Positions 1 through 12,319 of a stretch of 54,854 nt of DNA are shown here, one piece after another. Position numbers and translations under genes: made by a program. The notes under the pieces are model-generated. The model saw only the letters and a program-made list of their open reading frames with translations, did not search any database and was not told the origin of the DNA. Every line of letters begins with the position of its first letter. The stretch's first letter is position 1. This DNA is from Hydrurus foetidus. Lineage: Eukaryota. The stretch lies in the NCBI GenBank assembly GCA_900617105.1, contig UYFQ01000285.1:1-54854 (forward strand), written 5' to 3'.

Positions 1-1175
1 TGCTTCAGATTAGGATACAAATCCAATAGAACATCCATTTCATTCATAAATGTCGCTGTATCCTCGTGGGTAATAGCTGATGCGACGACAACAAAAGCCT
101 CGTGACCAGGTGTCAATAGAGTTATGAATGACCATTTGCTGATGCCACTCTTTGGTGTGGTGATGCCAAAGGTGACATCAGAGACGGCAACATTAAACTG
201 TAACTGATTCTTCGTCGCTTTTTCTGGAAACCATTTGGTGTCGTGGAAGCTGATGGCTTTTATAACTTCTCTTTCATCGTTGTATAGTACCCTATGAGGA
301 AGGTTCTGATCCTCCAAGCTTTTCAAAAACTCTTTGACAGAGTCACCGTCACATCCAGTAATGAAACCCGATGACTTCTTCGCGCTTAAAATGATACTTT
401 TGGAAAATGAAATAGGTGGAGCACATAATTGGCCTAGATTTTGTCATTTGTTTTCGTGAAAACTAAATTAGAGTCACATAATTTGGTCGAGAAACGAAAT
501 TATGCATTGAATTCACAGCATCTTAGATTCTTGCTAACCTGAACCAAACCCTGTATCACCGCTTTTGACCAGCGAGTTCTCAATTTGCTTCCTTACTGCT
601 GCTGGCGTTGTTCCATAGTCACTCATCAGGTCGGTTATGCTAGAAACGATTGACGACCTTTTGGTCGGCGAAAGGCCCGAATTGAAAACGTAGCCGTCGT
701 TTCCCATATCTGGATCTGGTAAGCATAACTCCGTATGGTCGTTCTTAAAAACGACTTTCCCGTCATGGTAAAGAGTAAAATATGCCGGACATTTACACTT
801 CGATGACGTCCTTCTATTGCAGTGAAGTAGATTGTGAGACTGCTTTCCTGATCTAGAACAAACTCCTCTGTACGCTATACGGCCTCGAGACTTGTAGTGA
901 CTTTTCATTGTCCATCTCCTCTGGTCTTGAATGCTGCATAGGTGCAGAAACAACGTTTGGATGATTTTCACGGAAGAATCGCTCATCAAATCGAAACCGC
1001 ATCCGCTGAATAGCGTGCATGAGAATCGTTGAAGTGGACAATCATTTTCTTTGATATCAATCAAAGCAAGATTGATTCTTTTTCTTGCTTCCTCTAGAGG
1101 CGATAAATCACTTAAAGCCTCATCTACTCGATCATCATTTATCTCCTCCAACATGCCTGCGAAATATTCTGGCAA
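1..1175 (-). CDS. Mutator/MULE-like transposase gene, spliced and running off the left edge
   Basis: ORF 534-1175 has a FAR1/WRKY-like motif (SKCKCPAYFTLY...NDH). The minus strand of about 1-415 translates to ...NVAVSDVTFGITT...FVVVASAITHEDTATF, resembling the D-x-T-F MULE DDE region. A probable intron lies at about 420-535; upstream exons are unresolved. Confidence 0.6.
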
Positions 1176-1665
1176 AACCTTAAAATATTTCTAAGGTTAG
1201 GCAGCAGGGCAATTGCCTATATCCACTTGCTGGTATTAATGCCGTACTAACTGTGGCCTGGCTCGTTGGCCTGGTTCGTTGGCCTGGATACCTGCTCCCG
1301 AGTTTCTGTGCCGAGTGTACGAATATTTCTTTTTCCAGGTACAAAATACGGATTTGATATCAAGGTCGGACATATCAATACGAACTTTTTTCGCTGGTGC
1401 CCACCTGCAGGGTTGCTTACGCATCTGTTTCGGGCCCCATGTTCGTGGGTTCGAGGCCCGTCTGTCCCCTGCGAAGGCCGGTCTTCCTTACCCGGCAACT
1501 TTCACCCGGTGGTCATCGATTTTCCTCCTCAAATCCTCTAATGCAAATTTCCTTCATATTCATTATTTCATTCGCCTTGAATTTAATTAGCGCAACCCAA
1601 TTTATTTGTTCCCCAAAATTAAGGAATGTTCAGAGAAACGATTTAATTAAAGTTTACATAATGTT

Positions 1666-3018
1666 TCAGGATTTGTATTCAGTAGGACTGTAGGTTACAT
1701 TGTTGCAATTATTGAATGTAATATTAACTACAGTTCCTTTGTGAGTGTTGCTACTGGAGCTCGTTGCTGTCGATGTGCTTTGACTGTTGTTTTGGGTGTT
1801 GTGAACACTCATGTCGTTGTAGGTCCTCTTTCTCAAGACTGTTCCATCTTGTCCCCGCTGAAGTCCACCGAGTGATAGGATGTCGGCGCCTCCCTGCTTC
1901 ATGTGGTCCGAATGATCGATGTATCTCTGTGCAACCATATCGCTCTTGTGTCCCGTTACCTGTTTGATCGCAGCCAATTGCATGCCGGCCTCTGCGCAAA
2001 TTGTGGCACACGTCCGGCGGAAAGTGTGGCCTGTGTACAGGTTGGCATCCGGCAGGCCAAGTCTTGTAGCGATGCGCATACCCGTCTTTGCCGTGATGTT
2101 GTGCCCGATGACTTGTTTTGTGCCCTTGATGCTGAATCCATTCTGCGAGGCAGTAAGCTTCCTGAAATATCTCCCCTTCTTGTCAGCCATATCGAAGGCT
2201 TTCTCGTACTCGTTCAGAACCTCAACTTCCAGTGCCCCCGTTATCAAAGCCTGACTCTGCTCCGGCACTCCTTTCTGTTTGGTGCGCAGATACTTGACGA
2301 GAATCTTCATCTCTCCAGTTTCCTGACTCACAGTTCGCGAGACATCTTCAAACGTCACCTTGATGATCTCGGCTCCTCTACCGCCGAAAGATAATCCTAT
2401 CACTGAGTACGCCATGTCAGCGAGGTTTTCTGGCGTACGTGGCATTTGGTAAAATCTTACCAACTCTTCCTTGGTGAAAACCTTGGCTTGCTTCGCTTGC
2501 TGCTGCTGCTTCTCCTTCGTGGCGATGTTCGCCTCGAGCTGCGGCGCGATAGCCTTCAAATCTGTGTACCTCACAAATTTCCAAAATTTCCCGTATACCG
2601 ACGACCAACTCCTTAGAGTTGTAGCCCGGTATCGGTCCGTGCCGTCGGCGTTTTTTTCATTGAGTTTAATTTGGAAATATGCATTGAGCTGTTGCTCCAA
2701 TGTCATGTCGCTTGTGTTCTCGCTAATATAATCCACAAAATCTTGAATTTTCTCCATGTACGCTTTTTTGGAGTGGAAGTTCTGCATGATTTCTACCCAG
2801 GATCGGCAGTTTTGTCCTATGTCAATCTCGTTAATTTTGCGCCTGATGTAATCGTTTTCCTCCTGGAAGTCATTAGGTGGACAGTTTTCATCGTTTTCAA
2901 AATTGTCATCGTTATTGAAATTCACCCAGTCATCGTCGTAGTTCGTTGAATCGTCCTCCACTAGACGCTGCTGTTGGGATTCACTTTGGACCTGAGATAG
3001 ATCCTCGTTGAACTGCAT
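1666..3018 (-). CDS. Tyrosine recombinase (Crypton-type, resembling CryptonI), intact single-exon ORF of 450 aa
   Basis: Catalytic signature present: GGRGAEI (R), RTKQK (K), YTGHTFRRT (HxxR), TGHKS (H), QRYID (Y). Confidence 0.85.
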   Translation of the reverse strand: MQFNEDLSQVQSESQQQRLVEDDSTNYDDDWVNFNNDDNFENDENCPPNDFQEENDYIRRKINEIDIGQNCRSWVEIMQNFHSKKAYMEKIQDFVDYISENTSDMTLEQQLNAYFQIKLNEKNADGTDRYRATTLRSWSSVYGKFWKFVRYTDLKAIAPQLEANIATKEKQQQQAKQAKVFTKEELVRFYQMPRTPENLADMAYSVIGLSFGGRGAEIIKVTFEDVSRTVSQETGEMKILVKYLRTKQKGVPEQSQALITGALEVEVLNEYEKAFDMADKKGRYFRKLTASQNGFSIKGTKQVIGHNITAKTGMRIATRLGLPDANLYTGHTFRRTCATICAEAGMQLAAIKQVTGHKSDMVAQRYIDHSDHMKQGGADILSLGGLQRGQDGTVLRKRTYNDMSVHNTQNNSQSTSTATSSSSNTHKGTVVNITFNNCNNVTYSPTEYKS

Positions 3019-3327
3019 AATTGTAGTTTAATATGTAAAGCTTCCGTAGCTTCGTCTCCAGCTATAGGTAGGGCTTCCATTCAATTATAGGGTTGCCGGT
3101 TGATTACAACCATCATCGACCGGCAATTTGAGTGTGAGCGGTCAATTATGAAATTCCGGTCACAAAAAGTCTTAGGTCCAAAAAACCCAAAATTTGGGTG
3201 GGACCATAGACCTCACAAAGGAGTATTTTGTACCTACCGTACAGGTATGGAAAACCTCTTTTGAAAAATTTATCGGTTTTCGATTTTCGGTTTTGGGTAG
3301 GTTTTGACGTCGACAATTTTCGTATAA

Positions 3328-3530
3328 GACCGTTTCTTACGCACCGAAAACTAAAACCAAAAACCCACGAGTTTTCATTTTCGGGAAGTTTCGGAATGAG
3401 AAAACTGAGAAAAAGGGCCTTTTTCTCAGTTTTCTCATTCCGATTTTTCTCAGTTTTCTCATTCCGAAACTTCCCGAAAATGAAAACTCGTGGGTTTTTG
3501 GTTTTAGTTTTCGGTGCGTAAGAAACGGTC
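3328..3530. mobile_element. Fold-back MITE (PIF/Harbinger/Tourist-like) with TAA target duplication
   Basis: Nearly fully palindromic (GACCGTTTCTTACGCACCG...CGGTGCGTAAGAAACGGTC), with TAA at 3325-3327 and 3531-3533. Confidence 0.85.
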
Positions 3531-3533
3531 TAA

Positions 3534-3936
3534 GGCCAGTTCTTATGGCAGCCGAGTTTACCTCGAAAAGTATACACCGATGTGTACTTTTTGGAAAAAA
3601 CTCAAAAAGACCCCCCGTTATGGTACCGAAGTATACCTCGAAAAATGTCAAAGTAGAAACGGTTTACTTTTCATTTCCAAAAATGTCAAAGTAAACGGCG
3701 TTTACTTTGACACGAAAAAGAGTACCCATACCGGGCACACCGTGCATACCGGATACTATACACATACAACATCGTCGATATACCGGAGGTACGGTACAGG
3801 TTTACTATTTTACTTTCCGTGAAAGTACCATAACGGTGGCAGATTGCCCGGAATCGTGAAAGTATGCTTCGAGGTATACTTTTCAAAAATGGTATACTTT
3901 CGGGGTCGGCATACTCGGGTACCATAAGAACTGGCC
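3534..3936. mobile_element. Second PIF/Harbinger-like MITE
   Basis: TIR GGCCAGTTCTTATGG...CCATAAGAACTGGCC (22/24 identical when extended), flanked by TAA at 3531-3533 and 3937-3939. Confidence 0.85.
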
Positions 3937-5111
3937 TAATATGGGCGACGTTATGAAGATCCAGCCTGTCGGGGTTTTGGGATTCCACGAGGTTTATGGA
4001 CAGGCTGGAGATCCGATTATGCAGTATCCGGACTATATACTATATACGTTACACTAAATTATTTTAGAGAACACTCCGCCGCCCTGGTAGCTCGTAGCTC
4101 GTAGTTTATGTTGAAATACCTACATATAATAATTGCACATTACACCGAGCTTCCTCGACTTCATAGTCGAAGTGTCCACCATCAATTACAAGCTCCATCA
4201 GTCGATCTCAAAATGGAAATAAAGCGGACGTTGTAGCTGACCGAAATCGATTCTGATTCCAGAGGATGGTGACCATCATTCAAAAAGTTATAGGAGGCGC
4301 TTTGGCAATGTCCGCTGGACTGGTCATTATCAATTACGACCTCGCCAGTTCATCAAATTTCTGGATATACTGGGTGCGTAATGCAATCAGTATCAATGTT
4401 TGCCTTCATATTTTAAATCAATGAGCACATTCATGGTAAACACTCATACGTCGAAACTTCGATCTATATTATAGCGAACGACGGATAAGTATTAAAAACC
4501 TGCTCGACTGACTGCACTCATTAAGCTCTTCTCCTCCACCAGGTATCTATCACTCTTTTCCTCATGTCCAGCTACTTCATAGACAAAGTCTTTGCCCCAG
4601 ATTTAACCTATGAAAATGAACACATGACAGCTGGATGGGGTCAAGAAGCAGAATCAAACCACGACGATTAAATTGAGGAGTGCTGGAATTGTGTCGGGAA
4701 TCCTCCGCTCACAAATTACTTTGGCATTTATCGCACATGATCTCATAATTTTGAGCGCATCTTTGATTCAGAATATTGATACCTAGATTATTTTTTATTT
4801 TGTGTCCTATGAATATGATGTCCTTATTACTATGAAGATGCATGTATGTCCTAAATAGAGCGCTTTCTCGTTCACCATTCTGTTGTTCCTGCTGCCTCAA
4901 GCTTATGTTTCGGTGAGGAGTAAGGACTCATGCGATCTTTTGAGATCTTCGGACTAATATTGACATATGCGAGAGAGTGAGATCACGCTCTCTGTCGACT
5001 GAAGAACTGCTCCCGTCTCAAAGCAAGGCGAAGAATGTGGACTGCTTGAAGTCTATATATATTCTGTTGAAGTTTTAGATTACTATTTGAAACATGCGAG
5101 CGAGGGATACT

Positions 5112-6014
5112 TTAGTTCCAGTTGGTGGCCTGGGCGCCGGCCTCCCATCCACCGTCGACAGGTGCAGCAGCATTCCAGTCACCCTGAGCCGGTACAACGA
5201 CAGGCTCGTAAGGAGCGTCTTTGAAAGACTCGCCGGTGGCCGTGATAGCAGGGGCGGCGGCAGGGGCCTCATACGCTTGCTGTGCCTCCTCGTTCTTCTC
5301 CAGTTCTTCGGGGTCGCGGTAAAAGAAAAGATCCACTGGGATGTCCCATGCATCTCTAGAGATAGCGCCACGCATGCGAAGTACTTCTCTTGCAAGTAGC
5401 CAGTAGAGAAGGCCTATTGACAGCCTGCCCTTGTTGTTTCCGGGGATGGCACAGTCAACGTAGTGTAATGGCGAATCGGAGTCACAGATGGCAATGACCG
5501 GAATGTTGGTGTATGAGGCCTCCTTGATTGATTGGGCGTCAATGCGGGGATCGGTGACAATAAGTAGACGAGGCTCTCTGAACTGCTTGGTAATCTGATT
5601 GGTGAAACTTCCGGGAGTGAATCTGCCCGCAATGCACTGGGCACCAGTGTACTGAGCGAATTTTAGGACGGCACGTTGTCCATATGGGCGGGCAGAGATA
5701 ACCACGACGTCCTGGGGATTTTCAATTGCGGCAATGATTCTTGCGGCAAGGATGATCTTCTCCCATGTTTTGCCAAGGTTGATGATGTGAAGACCATCAG
5801 AACGTCTCTTCCAGATGTACTCCTTCATTTTCACGTCCGCATTGGTTGTGCCGATGTGGACGTCGGCGGACAACATCTTTTGGATGTCCTCCTCTCTATA
5901 GACAATAAGACAAATGTTAGTTCCTCACGACCTGAAATGTAATCAGGTATCTCTAGCAGTCTCGATGTCATGGATCTCAACTTACTTGGCTTGAAGGATG
6001 GTTGGCATCGACAT
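5112..6014 (-). CDS. RPSA: 40S ribosomal protein SA (uS2); exons 6014-5986 and 5895-5112
   Basis: Canonical uS2 motifs ([49 protein letters not shown]). A GT-AG intron at 5985-5896 joins [10 protein letters not shown] to EEDIQKML in frame. Confidence 0.97.
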
Positions 6015-9000
6015 GATTCGACTGTGTGACAAAGCCTGTAATCTAAAGTACTTCTGTCGATAATGTCTTACTTACGTGCAGAGTAACTGTAGCGCAACGC
6101 TGTAGTATCACAACACAGTGGTAGAAGAGGTGACTTCACATCCACACAATAATTAAAAAAGTCCAGGGTCCAACAGGGAAGGATTTCTTTATACGGAAAC
6201 ATGATAATATAGTACGGTATTCTCTAAATTCAGTTCGAAATTGCGATAACTTCGATAACTTCGAAGGAAGAAGAAAGTGTGAAGTGTTAATCACTCGTTT
6301 CCCAAGTGATGCACCCGTGCACCATTAGATGCACAGGTGCATCAAAACTTTTCTACGTATACCGGACAAGTCATATCGATCCTTACGGTTCTGAAGATTC
6401 CAATGCATTCACCTGTTGACACTGTCTGGAGTCAAATTTTACAGTCCAACAATTGATGACATATTCATCGAGATACGCTGCGTCAAAGTTTTCAAAACTG
6501 GTCGATTTGAGATTTATCGCCAACTTGGCGATAGCATGCCGAGGAAGCTGCAAAGGAAAAAGATTGGACATTAGGAACTTGACAGGAGCTGTAGTTGAAG
6601 TTATTGTACGTTTAGGGTTGTCGAGCCACCTCCAGCTGCAGCCGACAACATTCCACCTCCGGCACCTCTCGCCCAGTTAGCTAGAGCACAACCACGCTAA
6701 GGTCCTGGACAAAGAAACCTCATAGCCTACAACGACGAAGAAGATGATTCTGATGTGGAATCGAATTATGGGAGCAGGTGAATATCTTTTGGCGATCTTT
6801 GGCGATTTTTGGAAACGATCGATTTCGCGTCAGTGAAGCTAAAAATTCGCACGATTTCCTCAGGTATTCATCAGATAATGATTCTGAAGTTGAAAATGGC
6901 GGTAACACTCGGATGGTAGCGCTGTGGATCAGGAAGATGAGGAATTAGCCCCTATCCAAGGGCCCGCACCGAATCCATGGCTGAGGCCTAATGGCCATCA
7001 GTGATTTGAAGATGGAGAAGTTTCAGTTGATGTCGGACTACTGAATAGGAGGACAAAGCTTATATGGCCTGGAAACGTGAACTTACTCGGTGATCCGTTG
7101 CCTGTGAGAACTAAGCTTGATTAATTTCGACTCTTTTACCTGATGCAGCTGAATCTTGCGACACTGGAGATGACCAATGACAAATCGGACCCAACTGGGC
7201 GAAAGCCAAGGTTGACTGAAGACGAGCTTCTGACCTATTTTGGGATCAGATTGAATATGACGCTTGATAGTAAGCGACTTGATGTGAGGGAATACTGAGA
7301 GGATGAGGTGCGACCCGGATCCACCTTTACCCCCGACTATCGAAGATTTGGGATGACAATATATCGATTCCCAGCGATATCAAAATGCTTGAGATTCTCC
7401 GATTATGATGAGGGAATTGTGAATTCAATTCAATTCAATTCAATACACGACCTCATTCAATTCAAATCTAATAGTAATGTTACTGATTAGGACCCCTGGA
7501 TTCCGATACGGCCGTTCATTGATGCAATCGCAACAACGCGTCGGCTAAGGCATTTGACGTGCCAGGTAAGAAGACAACCGGAAAATGGAGTTCTTGCATT
7601 GCAATCAACCATCTTGCTACCATTGAGGTAGGGTTTTGTTTCATATACGTGATGTTCAGATGATCCGTATAGATTGTGAACGTACGGTCTCTGATTAGAT
7701 AATCGAGCTGTGTACAATAATAGAATATAGCATACGCTTCTTTCTGTATAGTTGACCACCTTATTTGTGTTGGTGTCAATGATTTGCTTATGAAAGCAAT
7801 CGGTTGCCAAATCGTATCAACCACCTGGAAAAGAATACCGCCGATTCCAAAATCAGACGCGTCTGTATATAATCTGATATCCAATTTATTGTCATCAATG
7901 AAGTACATTAATGGACAACGAGATATTGCGATCTGTGTATCGTGAAAGCTGTTGGTACCCGCTTGAGTCCATACAACGGCCGAACGTTTCGGTGCACAAT
8001 GATCTATCATATCTTGCATTGGTTTAACCAAAGAAGAATGCATTGGTACAAACTGTCGAAAATAGTTCGCCAGTCCCAAGAATGATCTTAACAATGTTAA
8101 GTTCTTAGGCATAGAAAAGTTTAACACTGTTTCTATTTTCTCCTTTGACATGGATAAACCATCTTTGTCAACCACTCTGCCTACGAGGGAGGCCGAAACG
8201 GCACTTTTTGGCTTTGAGTCTAAGACCCTTAAGCCTGAATCTTGCAAAGACTTTATTCAAGTCTTTAAGAAACTCCGCTACACCCTTGCCATATACTATA
8301 CAATCGTCGAGATACATCTCACAACAATGATAGATAAGGCTATAGAGGACCGCCGTTACCATCTGCTCTTGAAAGTAAGAGGGGGCACGACACGGACCAA
8401 AGGGTAGTCTCGTAAACTGAAAGACCCCCGCAAAGCATATAAACGCTGTGAATATGCGGTGTGCGGGGTGTAACGGTGCTTGATGGTAACCCGCGGTTAA
8501 ATCCATCACATCAAAAATATCTGGTTTTTTATTACTGATCCTCTCAGAAAGATGTTTGATATTCGGCAGGGGAGAAAAGGCGGGAGTCAGGCACTTATTA
8601 AGTGGCCGGTAATCGATGCAGGTTCGAAATTTGCCGGGTGACTTAGTTACGATTACAGGATGACTGTAATAAGCAGCATCTGAGCGCTCTATAACCCCGA
8701 CGCAAGCATCTCATCGAGATTCTCCTTAAGAGCAACCTCTTTAGTCGATGACTGGGGACGTACCGGCGTACGGTTTTCGTCTTTTTCCCACAACTCAAGT
8801 GGAATGTTAATCTCAAAAGGTTTGAGTGACGCTGGTTTCTCAGCTAACTGATCACTAAAAATGTCTGAATATTCAGAACAGAGCTCTCGGAGCTTCCTCT
8901 GAAAGCTTTCATCTCCCTCAAAGGTAATCTCTTTGAGGAAATCCTCTGGCCCCTTGGGCAAGTCATCTTGACTAGGCTTCTCCGCTAAGAAGGGTGCGAA

Positions 9001-12000
9001 CGTATCTATCTTGCCATCGTCAATCTCGTCAACTGAGAGTGCGACACCACTAGGCCATAAAGGCTCAGTGACATAGTCGGGGGTATCAGAGTCCCCAAAG
9101 GTATGTGTAAGGGTGGGAATCTGGTCGCCACCTAGGTGCGGTGTATCACCCGTACGTTTTGCGACAATAGGAGTGACACTATTCAGTCGCTCACAACTTA
9201 CATCACCACAGGAATTTCGGGTCGCGACTCCCTCAATATCCATTTGGGTATCGTTACATGCCGGCATTGAATGGACAAAAGAGACGTTTTTCTTCAAAGA
9301 AGATTGACCATGCAATATGCTCTTCTTGTTTGGATACTCTTGTAATCCATATGTTTCCCTCTTTTTAGAGGAAGGTTTACCGCCTGGATACTTTAGCTTA
9401 TCGTAGTGAGGCGTGATAGACTCGGCTTCGGCTGTATCAGGTTCGGCACCCAACGCTATCATACGACGCGTATACTTATGTTGATACATGGGATCAAGTT
9501 TCAACAAAGCTTCCTTCTTATCGAGTCGCGTTTGCGTGCATCGCTTTTCTTCTTATTCTCCGCGCTTAGTTCTGGCGAAATGCCGGAAGCAAACGGAGTT
9601 AAGGTCCAAAAATCATATTTATTTACCGTTTTACGGCTAAACAAAATTTAAATTTCCGATTTCCTGTTCACCCTTATGGGTAAGCTGATGCTTTGGCATT
9701 CGCCATCGTAAGAATGAAAAAGGATTTTTAAATCGCAGATTTCGTTATTTAAATAACATTGGCCATCAAGACCGCTACAAACAGTTATGGCTTGTAGAGC
9801 AGGATAACAGAGGTGAGTAGCATTTAATTTTTCTAACATAGTAAAGGATATAAAATCATCGGAGTAATTTGCGGTGTCCAGCACGGCTTTCCCCACGGGA
9901 CACAGCTCGCTAGCTGGGCCAGTCCTTTCCTTATCCTCTACGATAACAGTTACGTTGATGTGGTGAGAAGGAAGGACAGATGGATCATGCAAACATTCTT
10001 CACGAATAATTACATGTGACTGTACTTCGACATGAACATCCATCAGATTATGGATATCATTGTCAAAGACAGCAGCCATGTCATCAAAACGAAGGTTCTT
10101 ACCTTGATCCTGACCTGAACTGGAGGAGGTGGGAGGGTTGTTTCCCTGTGGGGAGTTGTATTTATTTCCCCTGCCACCGGATCCACGACCCTGGTTTTGG
10201 TTTGGATTGGGGTTGTATCCTCCCCTCTGCTTACCTCTACCCCTTCCTTGGTTGCCATGGTAACCACCTCCCTGGTTACCTTGGTTCCCCTGGTTTTGGT
10301 TATACCTCCCTTGTCCCTGATTGGAACGATCTGAACCACCAGAGGCATTGGGGTTGTTACCGCCACCATGGCTGTTTTTGGGGCGCTTGTTGCCGTTAGA
10401 CATCAAGTAGGGTTTAGAACCCTTAGGGAGTAACAGAACGCGATCTTCGTATCCTGGGAGTACGAGATGTTGTTGCCATTCTGTGAACCCTACCGCGGCC
10501 CAAGCCATCCCCAATGTAGAATCCTCCCAATCAGCCGAATGGTCTGTATTGGAGTCGGAGTAATACAGAATGGGGCACTCGCCCAACATGTGCGACTTAG
10601 ACCCGCACGAGCGGCACTTCCGTCGACGCACGGACAGCGAGTCCGTGCTGAGTCGGAATGTACGAGCCTGTTGTACGCACAGTCGTCGTGAGTGATCTAG
10701 ACGTCACGGATGGAGTAGGTGAGGGTACCTTAACACTTGCTCTGCCTGTCTCTTTCTTACCAACCTCAGGCGGATGCGCTAAAGGAGGGAACGAGTACGC
10801 CACATCCGGGTTGCCGTAGCTCTTGATGAGGTTCATCATCGACCTAGCCTCAGCCAGAACCTGACCAATGCGTAGCATTGTCTTTAACCACGGCCACGTG
10901 TTAGGTGGTGAGGTGTCAGCTGCTTTCGCTCTCAGGTAGTCTTGTTGAATTTGACTACCCTTAGCTAGGCGCTTCTCCAGGATCTGAATGAGCTTAGCAT
11001 GCTGAGTCGCAGTCAGGGGGCCTTTGGACCTCTCATAGTTGCTCACAAGTTCATTGTAGCGAATCAAAGTGGTATTCTCATGATCGTGGTTAGCAATCTG
11101 GTAGTGGAAGGGAATTTGGCTAAAACTCTCCGCCAAAGTACACTCCCCCAAACCGTTTGGACAGAAGTACTTCACTACAAGAGTGGCTACCTTAGTCACC
11201 GATAGTATGGTGAACCAATCATGACGTTGTCGACGATCGATGATGTTGAATTCAGGATCGACTAAGATTTTGAAGTTCAAAAGTTCGATTGCCTGCTACT
11301 GCATACAGTCAGTCAACTTCATGTTGGGGTTTCGTTGTGCCTGCTCGTAGAACTCAATGGCATCAGCTTCATCAATGAAGTTGTGTCTGAGCACGAACAC
11401 CTCACTCTGGAGTTGCATCGTCAGCGAATCGTTTGCTAACAACGAGCTGTTCAATGGGATAGACTCATTGAGTGCAGCCAACGCTGCGAGGCGAGCAATC
11501 TCTTCCTCATCAGGAGGTGGAGGAGTTCGAGGTGCGGCGGCGGACATATCGCTACTAGATATGTATCTCGCTTAAACACAGCAGAGATCAATCCGCCGTT
11601 GTCAAAACAATTTTGCAATGGGTTTGCCTTGTTCGCTAACGGGTGCTGTAACGTCAGTAACAACGCGTTAAGGAATTCTAACCAACTCTTGAACTGAAAA
11701 GTCCAATGGCGTCAGAGCCAAAATCTGAGTGGTAAGAATTTTGGGTACCCAAAAAGGTAGGAGCTGCTACTTTTCAGCGACAAGAAGACGTCTCTTGACT
11801 AATCTTATGTCTTCGGTGATGAATCTGTGATTCAATCGACCGGCGGAGCAGATCTTTAATGAATCTCGGGAAGGATCTTTCAACTTCGACCGAAAACTTA
11901 AAGGATGGAATAGCCCAAGCTTAGGGATTCCAAGAAAGCAGGTATGCTGACTTTCTCTAACTTAAACTACAGTTCTCTGAGCTCGAAGCTGCAAGAGAAG

Positions 12001-12101
12001 TCGAGCAGTAGAAGTCGAGCAGACGAGCAGTAGCTCAGATGTCTTACCTACAGGTTGGGACGAGTAGATGGACTGAGAGGTAGCAGAAGAAAGGTTGGAC
12101 A

Positions 12102-12113
12102 AATAGCGCTATT
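12102..12113 (-). promoter_or_regulatory. 12-bp palindrome at the PBS position of gypsy A (AATAGCGCTATT)
   Basis: Perfect palindrome overlapping the last LTR base; no TGG-type tRNA PBS. Confidence 0.8.
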
Positions 12114-12319
12114 GTAGTCCGGATGGAAGAGAAGGTCGATAGAACGGTAGGCGGAAGTTAGTTACAGGCTATGCTAGACGCTAGGTTAACTTCTACGAGT
12201 CAGCTGCAGCTAGCTAGCAGTAGCGCTAGAGATGTAAGTGTACTATAGGCGGAAGGATCGGGTGGATCGTGAGGAGGTCCGGTAAGGTCCGTAGGCCCGG
12301 TATACCCGGTACGACCACA
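12113..12319 (-). repeat. 5' LTR of gypsy A (207 bp, TG...CA)
   Basis: Minus strand reads TGTGGTCGTACC...GGACTACA; homologous to the LTRs at 16222-16427 and 37909-38095. Confidence 0.9.

Larger units (their letters stand above)
7521..12319 (-). mobile_element. Ty3/gypsy LTR retrotransposon A, 3'-truncated (no integrase or 3' LTR), frameshifted
   Basis: 5' LTR at 12113-12319. Gag fragments with a CCHC knuckle (CRSCGSKSHMLGEC), protease LDTA, RT (DLTAGYHQ, LPFG, YLDD), and RNase H (YTDASDFGIGG, EAYAI, TDH) ending at ADALLR. Confidence 0.92.

Noticed and set aside
1666..3018. Prophage integrase or bacterial contamination
   Set aside because: No phage or bacterial genes nearby; it is embedded among intron-containing genes and eukaryotic transposons.
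3228..3988. Short ORFs with mirrored peptides
   Set aside because: They arise from palindromic MITE sequence.
4860..5040. snoRNA downstream of RPSA
   Set aside because: Only a short hairpin and a CTGA; no convincing box C/D or H/ACA architecture.
5075..5942. Alternative-frame and antisense ORFs over RPSA (and similar ones over pol genes)
   Set aside because: Shadow ORFs of real coding sequence with no independent motifs.
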